Below are positions 13,179 through 26,910 of a stretch of DNA of 64,000 nucleotides, piece by piece; position 1 is the first letter of the stretch; every line of letters starts with the position of its first letter. This stretch comes from Cycas panzhihuaensis (lineage: Eukaryota; Plantae; Cycadophyta): NCBI GenBank assembly GCA_023213395.1, contig CM041465.1, positions 168,833,741-168,897,740 on the forward strand. The letters are read 5' to 3'. Under the pieces are notes generated by a model that worked only from the letters and a program-made list of their open reading frames with translations, did not search any database and was not told the origin of the DNA. The position numbers and the translations under genes are program-made.

Positions 13179-16100
13179 ATAGCCCCTAAGATGAACCCTA
13201 GCTAGACTCAAAATCTTAATGATATTATCACACAAACATGAAGAGATATATTACAGATCCAAACTAACTTTAATGAAAAATTTAAAGCAATAATGCTAAA
13301 GCTCATAGCCATGAAACCCTTTAAGGAAGAAAATATTAAATTTGATAATACTACACATATAGGTGGGGGTCACTTCGCTAAAGAAAATGAAGATAATGAT
13401 AGTAAGTGCTTTCGTCCTAACTTCCTTTTCAAGGTAGAAATCAAGAAGTTCAATGGTACAGATGTATATACCTAGATCATCCAAATGGAACTATATTTTT
13501 CTCTTTATCAACTTCCAATGGATAAGAAGATCCCTCTTACTTCTCTACATATGGAAATTGAACCTTACCGATGGTACCAATGGGTTATGAAAATAATTAG
13601 TGGGTTTAATTCTTAATGGAAGGGTTTTGTCAAGGGTCTTACAGCTTAGTATGATAGTACCTAGGATCATGACCACTTTAACTAATTAGCTAAAGTTAGA
13701 CTGGAGGGGATTATTTTAGCTTATATAATAGAATATCAACGTCTCTCCACAAGGGTTGATAGTCTTTGTCAAATAAATTACTTGAGTTATACATTGGTGG
13801 TTTACAAGATGACATTAGACATGAGTTGTGACTCCTAAAACCTAATAATATCTCTACAACTATCAATTTTTCTTGGCATATTGAAGTAAAAAATAAGGCA
13901 TCTTGACTCCTCCCGTGAACATTCCCAGAAAGTGACCATAATTTCAGGTTTGTAATGTGTGACAAATGACTTCCTAAGAGATGGATGAGAAAGGGTTATG
14001 TTTTCACTATAACCAAAAGTGGAATAAAGAATGTAAGTGTCTTAAATGATGTTTATTCATCATTGAGGATGCCCAAGATGATAAACCAGTAGAAGAAACC
14101 TCTTTAGAGCTAGAGAATAATGATTGTGATCCACCTTAAGAGGAAGAAGAAGATAATGCTACTATATCTATGTATGCCCTTATTTAAATCATGGCCCCAC
14201 AAACACTCAAACTTATTGGGTACATAAAAAAAAGAAATATGGTTATCCTCATAGATTATAGGAGCACCCACAATTTTATTAATTGGAAACTTACTAAAGA
14301 ACTTAATTGTTTTCCATATCCTATCAAAAATTTCTAGATTATAGTGGCTAACAGAGGGACACACTCTTGTGGGGGAGAATGCCATAACATCACATTATAA
14401 ATAGGTGACTATCACATCTCCACTTCCATGTATGCCATTCCTATTGGAGGAGTTGATGTTATACTAGGGGTACAATAGTTTAAACCACTAGGGACCATTC
14501 AACTAAATATGCAAGAGCTCTTTATTTGATTTACTTCTAAAGGTATTAAATATCAATTGAATGGGATTATTCCTCCTCCAACCCAAATCATCAACTCACA
14601 CCATATAGAGAGGCTTATTAAATAGGATGGCATAGTAATCATTACCAAATGTTATGCTTTAGAAGGTTAAGAACTTCTAATAGAAGGGGATATTTTTCAA
14701 GATGATGGTATACCAAATGACTTAAAATTGGTACTTCACCACCATAACCAGGTCTTTTAGGATATTCCTTAAGGTCTCCCCCTAGTATGTGACTAAGATC
14801 ATAGCATTGACCTAGTAGCTGGAAGCAATCCTCCTTGTATTTGACCATACCAGTACCCCTACTAGAAAAAGAATGAAATTAAATGACTAGTTCAAGAACT
14901 CCTTAATGTTGATACCATTAGGGAAAGTAAAAGTACCTTTTCTACCATAATGATTTTAGTAAGAAAAAAGGATGGCTCATTTTACATATGTGTAAACTAC
15001 CATAAACTCATTAAGATAACCATTAAGAATAAATTTCCTATACCAGTTATCGATGAACTCCTTGGAGTAACATTCTTCATATTATTGGACTTGCAGTCAA
15101 GATATCATCAAATTAGGATCAAAGTAGAAGATGTTTATAAAACTACATTTTATACACATGAAGGACATTATCAACTTTCAATCATTCCATTTAACTTGAC
15201 TAATGCCCCATCCACCTTTTAAGGACTCATGAACAAATCTTTCAGCCTTACTTAAGGAAGTTTATGTTAGTCTTTTTTGATGACATTCTAATCTTCAGTT
15301 TTACATAGGAAGACCATCTTTAATGTGTTGATAAGGCATTATAAGTGCTTTCAAATAACTAGCTTTATGCCAAAAAATAAAAATGTTAATTTAGGCAAAT
15401 AGAAATAGAATATTTAGGCCATATTATCTCTCAAGAAGGAGTCAAGGTAAATCCTAAGAAAATTACAGTTATCATAAATTAGTCTAAACCCAAAAACATC
15501 AAGAGCTTTCATGGATTCTTAGGAATCATACGGTATACTCGAAAGTTTGTTTAGGGCTATGCAAGGATTGCTTCCCCTTTAATCAACTTGTTAAAAAAGT
15601 ATTCCTTTCATTAGAATAATAAGGCCTCTGAAGCATTTGAACACCTAAAGGTGGTTTTAACTACCATACTAGTCCTTGTAACACTAGACTTTATAAAGAC
15701 CTTCACCATTGAATGTGATGCATCAGGGCAAGGTATTGAAGAAGTCATAATACAAGAAGGGAAACCTTTAGCCTTTGAAAGTCATTAAATTACACCCAAG
15801 AAACAAGTTAAATTCACCTATGAGAAGGAGATGTTAGCAATTCTACATGCAGTTAGGAAGTGGTGACAATATTTATTAGGAACATATTTCTAAATTAAAA
15901 CAGACCATGATAGCTTAAAATATTTCCTAGCTCAAAGGTTGTCATCTGAGAAACAATAAAAATGGGTCACTAAAATACAAGCTTTTGACTTTGAAATCAT
16001 ATATAAAAAATGCAAGGATAATATAGTTACTGATGATTTGTCTCATAAGGAAGAAGGCTCTAAATTATATTCTATTACCATGGTTAATCCCTCTTGGATA

Positions 16101-17520
16101 GTGGTTGCCAAGCAAGAATGGGATCATGACCCCTTTACAAAGTAGATTATTTAAGACCTTCAAGTTGGGCTAGGGCATTCAACCTACTATAAATAGTCTA
16201 CAAATATTCCTTGGTACAAGAATCTGATATATATATTACCTCACTCTTAACTCAAGGAGTAAATTTTAAATGATATATATGCCTCTCCAATAGCGAGTCA
16301 TTCAGGGTTCCTACAAACATACCACCACTTAAAACAATCTTTCTTTTAGAAGGGCCAAAAAGGCGATGTAAAGAGATATGTTTCCTCATGTGAAATTTGC
16401 CAATGACATAAGATAGAAACAGTCAAGTCTCTAAGATTGTTACAACCCCTTCCCATACCAAATCAATGATGAGAAGAAATTTCTACTTCATTGTGGTCTG
16501 CCTAAGTTAAAATTAAAAGTTTCTATATTTGTAGTTGTTGATGGGCTAACCAAATATGCTCAATTTTATGGTATTAAAGCCATATATAAGGCAAAGTAAA
16601 TTGCTGAGATATTTTTAAAGGATATACATAGGTTATATGACATGCCTAAACGCATTGTTAATGATCAGGACCTCAAGTTCATAAGCAACTTTTGGATGAA
16701 ACTCTTCTATCTACTTAGTACTAAATAAACAATCAGCCCATCCTACCATCCATAAATAGATGGTCAAACTGAGGTAGTTAACAAGTACATTGAAGGATAC
16801 CTTCATTATTATACTTCAATTAAGTAAGGGCAGTGGCATCATTAGCTTCCTTTAGTTGAATGGTGGTATAATACAAATTATCATGCATCAGCAAGAATGA
16901 CTCTATTCTACGCATTATATAGCTATGAACAACCCACACTTGAGAACTATACCATAATCAATTCTAAGTTTCAAGCAATTGAAGACCACATCCAACAAAC
17001 AACATAGATTTTCAAGATACTCAAGAAAAATCTAAACCTTATACAAAATTAAATAAAACAATAGGAAGGGTAAAGTAAATGAGCATTTCAACTAGGTGAT
17101 TGGGTATAGTTATGGTTATAACCATACAAGCATGCATCTCTTAAATGGGATGGGTGACATAAATTACAACCTCAATTTTATGGGTCTTACAAAATTCTTA
17201 AGAATATTGGTGAAGTTGCATATGCCTTGGACTTACCACTATCATCAAGGATGCATAATGTCTTTCATGTTTCATGTCTCAAGAGGGTAATTGGGCAACA
17301 AGTACAAGTTCAAATAGAATTACCTATCTTAAATGAGGAGGGGAAATTTTAGCTCATTTTAGAATGTATCATTGACCAAATAATTTGACATCTACGATCT
17401 AGATAAATCTTTGAGTATCTTATCAAATGAAAATAACTTCCATGAGAAGATGCAACCTAGGAAAATAAGCAATTTATCCAAGAGCATCATGAGATCATCA
17501 AGCTTTAAGGGCAAAGATTT
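13179..17520 (+). pseudogene. gag-pol with C-terminal chromodomain, disrupted
   Basis: gag KVEIKKFNGTD, protease ILIDYRSTHNF, RT ILVRKKDGS..KFPIPVIDELL and VFFDDILIF, RNaseH FTIECDASG, integrase *IDGQTEVVNK, GPY-like FYGSYKI, chromodomain EYLIK*K*LP*EDAT*E. Confidence 0.92.
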
Positions 17521-17535
17521 TTTAAGGGGGGACTT

Positions 17536-17924
17536 TGTTAAGGATTCAACCCCTAACTCACCTTCTCTTATATTCTCTTATATCTTCTACTTCTCTCTTT
17601 TATCTTCTCTTATATCTTCTATTTCTTCTATTTCTTCCCTATTCTTAATATCCCACATGCATAAGTAGAAGGTTATGTAGTGGTCATTGAGTACTATATA
17701 TATTCATGTAATATCCCACATGCATATGTAGGAGGTTGTGTAGTGAGCATAGAGCTATATGTATATTTATGTAATCCTTAAAGTATGGTATCTTAAATAT
17801 CATTGTTATTACATGTAATTAAGAGGTTGCCCTCTTGAAGGGTATTACAATACAAATGCTCATTTTACAGTTATTTATATGTTATATTGGTGTGCAATTA
17901 TCATTAAGGAGTGGTATCCTACCA
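17536..17924 (+). repeat. 3' LTR of chromovirus (389 bp)
   Basis: TGTTAAGG...ATCCTACCA, preceded by the PPT and followed by the TSD. Confidence 0.93.
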
Positions 17925-18653
17925 TAATAGGTCATTATAACAAGGTGGATATAGAGTCGATAAAGTTAGATATTGGAGATAATGATTACTATAAGACATA
18001 GTCAAATAAAAAATTGAATGACAATGATCACTTAAAAGGTTGAGATGATTTCATAGAGCTAGATGGAAGAAGGAAGAATCATAATAGAACTTAGAACAAA
18101 GAGAAACATAAAAGCAAATCAAAAGAATAAGATGAAGATGTAGTCAGGGCTAGAGATGAAGACAAAAAAAAAACTTAGAGGTTAAGATGAAAAGGGAACA
18201 ATAATAGATAATTATAATACATAGAAATAAAAGGATATAATAATGAAATATGGGAATAGATGATAGGATGCATTTGACCACTCTATTTCTTACAATCTAA
18301 TAAGTATATGGTTATTTCACACCAATAGGTAAGTGGAGGTACATGCTTTTAGACTTTTATTTTAGTTTAGATTAGTTTAGTTCTTTAAATTTGTATGTGC
18401 TAATATTTGTTATTTTTTTTAGTAGATGGATATGTGTATTTTTAGCTTCTGAAGATTTTGACCATGGTGAGTGACTTCAAAAAATTATCCCTCTAACCTT
18501 AATGAAATATAGAAAGGATTTTTAGTACCTTTATGGACACTTCTCACCCTTCTTTTACTCTTTACATTTCTATGTATTTTTATTATTAGAACCATTATTT
18601 TTATATACATTTTCTCCCATCCCACTATGATACATCCCTATCCAACTTGTTTG

Positions 18654-21600
18654 TGTTGAGAAGATAAGGTCCTAACCCTTAAACTACCACCAAGATCTAA
18701 ACTATTCTTGCAACTAGTTACAGGAATTGGAACTAAAATTTAACATGCAAGTTCTTAAACTAGAGATAAAATAATAAAATGAATAAGAAAGCCAAGCATC
18801 ATATGTATACCTGATATAACATGGTAAAACCCTAGCAGTGAACTAGGGAAACATCCATACAGGAAAGGTATCGATCCTTATTATTGTAAAATGGAGAAAA
18901 TGTACATAATCATGTAGTAGAGTGCTCATAGCAACAACAACCAGTTGCCCAACACCTCATAGTATATTAAACACTATCAACATAATAAAAAATACCTTAA
19001 ATTAGGCTACATGAGAGGGTCATCCAAGGTACAAATCTTGACTGTAGAATCTAGAGTATTTAAGAGAAGACCTTAATTCTCTTTACAATTTAATGTACTT
19101 TCCAGTGCTAAATTTTTGGGTTAGGGGCTATATCCCCCAAGCCCCCTCTTTGTGGGGGTCGTTCCACTCCCCTCACACCCCCTTGGAACCCCTTGAGGAA
19201 GGTTTAGAGGGAAATTACACTGCCAACATGTCAAAATTTTAGCCTTCAACCATTATTATCATATTACCTAATAATCTCCATCTTAATAATAATTTACTTG
19301 GTACTTTTCTTATACCCTTCATCACCTTTTTTGCAAGCTAAGAGAAGTCAAACACCATTTGAACTTCTCTAATAGTACTAGTTTGTGAATATATAAGCAC
19401 AATTTTGTTTTGTGTTAACCTTCTCAAGTGCCACTCCACTTGCTTCCATGACCTGTTTAATAAAATGGTACTTAAGAGTAATATACTTTATCCTACTATG
19501 ATAAGCTGGATTCTTGGCTAGGTAAATGGTACTTTAAATGTCACAAAATACCTTTATCTTTTCCTGTTTCCTTCCAAGCTCAACTAATAGACCTTATAAC
19601 CAGATTGCTTCTTTACAAGTATGTGTTGCAATAACATATTCAACTTCTATAGTCAATAATGTAATTGTGCTCTGCAATTTTGACATCCAACTAACTGGAC
19701 CATTTACAAGAGTGAATACATAACCTAAAGTAGATCTTCTCTTATCTAAATCTCCTATAAAGTCTGAATCAACATATCCATAAACCTGATTATCTGTACC
19801 TCCAAAGGTGATGTAATAGTCACTTATGCCTCTCAAATACCAAAGCACTTATTTCACTACTGCCAAATATTCCTTTTCTAGATTTTCTATAAACCTACTA
19901 ACTACATCGACTGCATGTGAAATGTTAGATCTTGTATATACAATAGCATATATCAAACTTCCTACTAAACTAGAATAAGGCACATAAGACATATAATCCT
20001 TTTCTTCTCCATTACTAGGACTCATACTTAAAGAAAGCTTGAAATAGGAAGCTAATGGGATACTTACTAGTTTCACATTTATCATACGAAACTTGGTTAG
20101 CACCTTCTCCATATATTTTTGTTATGATAACCATAGCTTACCATTTTTTTTGTCTCTATGTATCTCCATACCTAAGATTTATTTTGGAGCTCCTAGATCC
20201 TTCATATCAAAAGTCCTAGCCAATTGAGCCTTTAGATTATTGATTTCTTCTATGCTCTTGCTTGCAACTAGCATGTCATCAACATACAATACCAAGATAA
20301 TGAATAAGCCATTGTCCATGAATTTAAAGTAAACACAATGATCATACTCACTTCTTTTGAAATTTTGGCTCTCTATGAAGGCATTAAACTTTTTGTACCA
20401 TTGCCTAGGTGATTGCTTCAGGCCATACAATTATTTCTTGAGCCTGCAAATAAGTCTTTTTCTTCCATTTTATACAAACCTTTCTGGCTGATCCATATAG
20501 ATCTTCTCATCTAAATCTCCATGTAGAAAAGTTATTTTTACATCTAACTTCTCCAACTCTAAATCAAGAGAAGCTACCAATGCTAATGTCACTCAAATTA
20601 AAATAAGTTTGACAAATGGTGAAAAGATCTCATGAAAGTCAATACCTGCTTTCTGTGCAAAGCCTTTGGCCACCAGTCTTGCCTTATATTTGTCAACCTT
20701 TCTATTAACATATATTTTCATCTTAAAAACCCACCTGCAACCAATAATCTTCCTGCTATGTGGAAGTTCTACTAAGTCCCACGAATTATTTTTCTTTAAA
20801 GCATCTATCTCTTCCTGCATAGCCCTCTTACACTTCTCACTATGGATATCATCTATTGTTTCTTGATAACATGTAGGACACCATTATTAGAAACTAAAGT
20901 AATAGAAGTAGAAGGGTTATACCTATCAGGTAGATGACTAACTCATGTAGATATTCTAACTGTTAGTAGAGGAGTGTCAACATACTCCTATAAATATGTT
21001 GTAGATTCATCTTTAGAAAGATCTTCCTACCCTTATGGTTCCAAAGATGACTGGGATTTAAACTTAACCTATTAATGTTCAACTTTCTGCTCTTATTTTA
21101 CTTTAGCTTCTACACTGTCTAATTTTAGAAGGGGAGATTCATCAAATACAACATCTTTATTAATGGTGATTTTGTGGGTAGTAGGATCCCATAACCTGTA
21201 TCCCTTTACACCATCTTTATTACCATAACTAACAAAGATACGTCTTTTAGATTTTGGGTCTAACTTTGAATGTTCACTTTTATCAGTCAAGGCATACGCA
21301 TCATAATCAAACACTTTCAAATTTGAATAGTCACATGGATGTCCAATCCATACCTCTTTAGGAATCTTGTAATCTATTACAAGTGATGGTGACCTATTAA
21401 CCAGATAGCAAGTTGTTTGAATAGCTTCTACCCATAAGCCCTACTCCACTCCTACATTAGTTAGCATGCTTCTTACTCTTTCCAAGAGTGTCCTATTCAT
21501 GTGCTCAACTATGCTATTTTGCTGTGGAGTATAGCTAGTGTTCTTATGCCTTTCGATCCTAGCTTCTCTGCAATAGTTCTCAAACTCCAAGGAGTTGAAC

Positions 21601-23965
21601 TCATCTCCATTGTCAGTTCTTATACATTTGATTAACTTACCAATTTTGTTCTCAACTAGAGCCTTAAACTACTTAAACACACTAAAAACTTCATATTTCC
21701 TTTTTAAAAAATAGACCCATACCTTTATGGAGTAATCATTTATAAATGTGATAAAGTACAATGATCCTTCACAAGATATTTTAGGGGTTAGACCCCACAC
21801 ATCTGAATGTATGTATTCCATAACACTTTTACTAGTGTGACTCCCTATTTTAAACCTGAGTCTACATTGCTTTCCAAAAATATAATGTTTATAGAAATCC
21901 AAATCTGAAACTTATAAGTTATGAAGTAACTTACAGTTTATTAGCACCTTAAGTCCTCTGTCACTCATGTGCCCAAGTCTTTAATGCCATAATTGAGCTG
22001 GATCTTTTGTAGTCTTTGATGTTATAGATGCATGGTTGACATCTATACTTCCCACTAAAATATAAAGGTTTCCTTTCTTTAAGGCTTTCATAATAACCAA
22101 GGTGCCCTTTGACATCTTTAAGACTCCTTCATGACATGTATGCTTATAACCACTTGAATCTAGTTCACCTAAGAAAATCAAATTCCTTTTCAGATCAAGT
22201 ACATGTCTAACCTTAGTTAACGTTCTCACTACACCATCGAACATCTTAATTTTGATGCTACCAATACCTACTGTCTTACAAGAAACTTCATTTCCCATAA
22301 GCACATCACCACCATCAAGAGGTTGGTATAATGAGAACCAACTCTTATATGGACAAATGTGGTGTGAAGCACTTGAATCTAATAACTAGTCATGGTGATA
22401 ATAGGAAACATTACAAGTGACTAAGACATCATCATCCATACCTTAATTTGACTCCACTTGATTAACCTCCTTGGTAGGATCTTCCTTTCTCTCTAACTCC
22501 TTCCTTTTGAAGCAATCCTTCTTGAGGTGACTAGTCTTATTATAGTGTTAACACCTGAGCTTACTCTTCATGCCTTTTAACTTCAACCTTAATGTATCCC
22601 TGGAGCTTTGTCCTTTGTCAATTATTCTACCCCTTGCTATCATAACTTCTGGTGTGGAGGTTTTAAGACTAGACTTCCTCCACACTTCTTCCATCAATAA
22701 AGCACTCACAACAAAATCATATTCTAATTCATCTATAGTGCTAAAACTAATTGAGGTGATAATATTATCCTAGGATTTTGGTAATAAGCATAATAAGGTA
22801 ACAACCTTATCCTCATCCTCAATTTTAACATCGATACTAGCCAACTAATAAATAAGAGTATTAAAAATATTTAAATTATTAGTAATTTTTGTACCTTCCT
22901 TCATCCGTAATGAGTACAACTGCCTCTTCAAGTAGATTCAATTTGTCACTGATTTGGTCATATACAGGTCTTCCAACCAAGTCCATAATCCTACTACTGT
23001 TTGCTCCCCTGTGATGTTAAATGGAACTTTATCTGCCAACCATAATCATATTGTGATAAGAGCCTTTTTGTCTAGATCATCTCAGTCATCATCGTCCATC
23101 CCTATGGGTTTCTTCATTTTGCCTGTAAGAGCTCTGTATAAATGTTGTTATACAAGAACATCATACGCTTTCAACTTCCACAACTCGAAATTATTCTTGC
23201 CATTGAATTTCTCCACCTCGAACTTTAAACTTGCCAGTTTCACCATTTGGTGTAGAAGAAGTTGACACCAAAACCTTCACAAACTCATTGCAAAAATAAA
23301 AGTGGTTCTGATACCATTTGTTGAGAAGATAAAGTCCTAACCCTTAAATCACCACCAAGATTTAAATTATTCTTACGACTAGTTATAGGAATTGAAACTA
23401 AAATTTAACATGCAAGTTTTTAAACCAGAGATAAAATAATAAAATAAACAAGAAAGCCAAGCATCGCATGTACACCTGATATAATGTGGTAAAACCCTAG
23501 TAGTGAGCTAGGGAAACATCTACACAGGAAAGGTATCGATCTTTATTATTGTAGAATGGAGAAAATGTAAATAATCCTGTAGTAGAGTACTCACAACAAC
23601 AACAACTAGCTGCCCAACACCTCATAGTACATTAAACACTATCAACATAATGAAAAATACCCTAAATCAGGCTACAAGAGAGAGTCATCCAAGGAACAAA
23701 TCTCGACCATAGAATCTAGGGTATTTTTAGAGAAGATCCTAATTCTCTTTACAATTTAATATACTTTCTAGTGCTAAATTTTTGGGTCGGGGGCTATCGC
23801 CCCTGAACCCCCTCTTTACGGGGTCCATTCCACGCCCCTCATACCCCCTAGTTAAGGGGGGCTCCCACCCCTCTTTGAACCTCCCGAGGAAGGTTTGGGG
23901 GGGAAACCGCGCTACCAACATGTTAAAATTTTAGCCTCTAACCATTGTTGTCATATTACTTAATA
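18654..23965 (-). mobile_element. Full-length degenerate Ty1/copia, Tnt1/Tork-like, 5.3 kb
   Basis: LTRs 23319-23965 (5') and 18654-19273 (3', with a ~27-bp deletion). TSD GTTTG/GTCTG. PBS TGGTATCAGAACC (- strand, 23304-23316). PPT-like AAGATGGAGAT next to the 3' LTR. Confidence 0.95.
19322..23246 (-). pseudogene. Tnt1-like gag-pol polyprotein, disrupted
   Basis: FEVEKFNGKNNFELWKLK; LMGNEVSCKTVGIGSIKIKMFDGVVRTLTKVRHV; YIHSDVWG; KGYRLWDP; KYKARLVAKGF; YGLKQSPRQWYKKF; LYVDDML; GYVDSDFIGDLDKRRST (ORF track plus manual translation). Confidence 0.95.
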
Positions 23966-26591
23966 GTCTGGCGAACTATATGATTTGTCTCTAAGGAATT
24001 TTATGGTATTGTGAAGTTTATCATGGTACCATGAAATATACTTTTACAGTGCCATGGTAAATTTCACAAGATGATATATTGTAAGTAAAAAGAGAAAAAT
24101 ATACATTTCAAAGCATAATAGACATGCCCAACTATATCTCTGAGTTGGGTAGTGTTAAAAATCTTATGGAGATATACACTCTTCTTTACAATGGGTTTTT
24201 TAATGTTTATGTTTTATTTAATCAAATTTATGGAAATTTTCCTATGGTTTTTTGCCTATGGTTTTATCTATATCATGGGCCCAATACCACCTTCTCCAAC
24301 ATTCCATAACATCTATAAATACCCCCCATTTTCACATGGAGATGGAGGCCAAAAATTATAGTATTATATTGTCATAATGCTACTAAAATTTCTATAGATT
24401 GGTTTGCTCATCACTTTTTTCACTTGGCTTCCACTATTGGAGTGAAAATTGGAGGCAAATTACGTTGGAGGCACCTAGGATTAAAGTTGTATACCATGGG
24501 TATCTCATACTAACTAGGAATTAGGGAAAGACCCTGCTACACTATTTGTATTTTAGTCCACTCTAATTTATGTTTGGTTTTAGTTTTCTATTAATCTCTT
24601 TTGTATGCATGAATGCTTGATTTTACCTTTTTACACTTTTATATTATACGTTTCTTGTGTGAGAGTGTCTTACAAGTAAAAGAAAGTTAGATATTGTAGG
24701 TTGATCTCTGATTTGGTGGCAACCACACCATCTCTAAGACTCCAATTCCCATTCTAGAATATTATTTAATTTAATTTATAAATTTAATTAATTACATTAG
24801 ATTTTAAAACTTCTATTTCTTTTTTGCATGCATTGATCTACAAGTAGAGGAGAGTGATAAGGCCACTTTTGAGGATCCAAGAAGCTATTTAGAACTCCCT
24901 CTTTCTCCCCCATTCTTCCCACCAAATCAAAAAGTACCTATTACATAACTAAAGTACTATTAAAATTTCTTCAACATTAATAAAAGGTAAAATTTTAAAA
25001 GTTTATTTCAAACTCATTTTTTAGCATTTTGAGTTGTAGCATAAACCTTTTTTCATCATAAGTGGGTTCAACAAGTAGAAATGCTACCAATTTTTTTTTA
25101 GAAATTGTGAAATATATATGCTATAAACCTTAAATGTTGCTCCTTTAACAAACTTATATTATGAGGCTTTGTATTTTTAAGAGAATGTTATTGAGACATT
25201 TGGAGCAAAACTCCAAGTATTCTTCTTCAAATCACTCTTTTATAGACTTTATTTTCAAAAATAAAAAAATCTTAAAAGCGTATTTTTTATTCTAAATTTT
25301 ATTTTAGAAGAAAGAAGGAAAAAGAAACAAATCTCATTGCTTCCATGCTTGTTATGTTTGCTTGCTTCTCTCTTTCTCCTTTATACAAATAGTTTAAATT
25401 TCAAGTCAAAAAGCATAAAAAATAGTTAAAGAAAAGTAAGAATAAAATAAAATTACTTTATTTCTTTTGTGCATCACATTCTGTCTTATTATTTAATTCA
25501 AGAGTCAAAATTTTGTACTTATTATGAGTCCTTGAATCTGCAGGGTTGGAAAGTTTGCTTCTAGGTTAGTTTATTTGGTCTCTTTACTAAATCATAAAAA
25601 GATTTTAGATACATCATAGTTTATTGAGTGTTTCTTTAGTCTCATTCAAGATAATGGTCATCATTTTATCAAAGAGAGGGCTCCATTTTCCCTCTACCTA
25701 AATTTCATTACTAGATAAGAGGGGTGGGCTTATGCCTTTAGGCAAAGTCATCTTTTGATCTATATTTTGAGTAGGCCAGTGAGGGGAATCTATCTCCACC
25801 ACATGCTAATACATGAGGTGTTAATATTTGAGTGAGCATCATTAGTCTTGTTGAGAGTGGTGACCTCTTTTTATTTATCTCATAGAGTAAGAGGTTCATT
25901 AGAATTAAATGAGAGCATTATTAGGCCACCTTATTCTTGCGTAAGATAGGTTACTAGTATTGACGAGTCCCTATTATTGTATCCATAAGTAGATGCATCA
26001 TATGGTCTTAACTCCCTTCAACTTCTCACTCTAATCAATTCCTTCATTTTTCTTCTAGATTGATTCTAGCATTTGGGATCATTTAAGAATTAGAGTTAGG
26101 GTAAGTCAATCTAATTTTAGGGGGATTAATTATGTAGGATATACATATAGAAGTGATAGTATTTTGGGCACATGTGCTTGATCAACCCCCTCATATTCTA
26201 AGGGTTTTTTTTAGTGTTGTTTAATTCTTTTAAGGACACTTGTTGATAGTTAGATTAATTTTATCTTTATGCTTTTTAATTAGCCAATACTTCTCTTATT
26301 TTATTATTTTTATATATTACTTCTTCATCTACTTGTCTACACCACTTAGTTTGATTATATAGATATTATCATGTTTTCTTTTTTCCTTTTTGGTATGTCA
26401 CACACACCTATACATTACCGCTTCTAGTCTAGAATACCATCACCTTTTATCCCCACATTCATATCTAGGAAATACATAGGTACTTGTAGGAGGTATGTGT
26501 CTATTCCCTTCATGACTCAGACCCCCTTCAGCCTTCAAGTCTATTCTTGAGTTGTGTTATTTATCCTCCTCTCCTATGATGCACAATTCAT

Positions 26592-26610
26592 TTATAACTA
26601 TATTAGGGAC
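26592..26610 (+). promoter_or_regulatory. Decayed primer-binding site, tRNA-Arg type (Ogre-like)
   Basis: TTATAACTATATTAGGGAC versus Ogre-type TGGCGACTCCACTGGGGAC; most mismatches are G>A or C>T. It sits 1 nt after the LTR-terminal CA, exactly where LTR-LTR homology stops. Confidence 0.6.
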
Positions 26611-26910
26611 TCACTAATTGAGTTTTAGTAGACATTAAATTGTTGATTATCTTCTTCATTTTATTTAGGCCCTTTGCTTTAGGACAAGACTCTTATAGTT
26701 TGTAGTTTACATGTGTAAGTATCATTCACCTCTTTTCTACCACTTCTCAGTCTTAGTGCATCTTTTTTCAAGATCTACCTTATCTTTTACATTTATCTTT
26801 TTGGGTTTACTTCTTATATGTAATGATTTTCTTATTATTAGAGGGGTTTACGCCCTTTAGATTCAAATTAAATAATCTTATTTATCTCATCACTCATCGA
26901 GAATCGTTCA

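Larger units (their letters stand above)
11889..17924 (+). mobile_element. Full-length degenerate Ty3/gypsy chromovirus (Reina-like), 6.0 kb
   Basis: LTRs 11889-12279 and 17536-17924. Perfect 5-bp TSD TAATA (11884-11888, 17925-17929). PBS TGGCATCAAAG at 12282, PPT AAGGGGGGA at 17524. Order gag-PR-RT-RH-INT-chromodomain. Confidence 0.95.
18298..26590 (+). repeat. 5' LTR of Ogre-like element (~3 kb net), split by the copia insertion
   Basis: Colinear with 39340-39670 and 43697-46236, e.g. 24281 CCAATACCACCTTCTC.. versus 44034 TAATACCACCTTCTC... Ends in CA at 26590. Confidence 0.7.
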
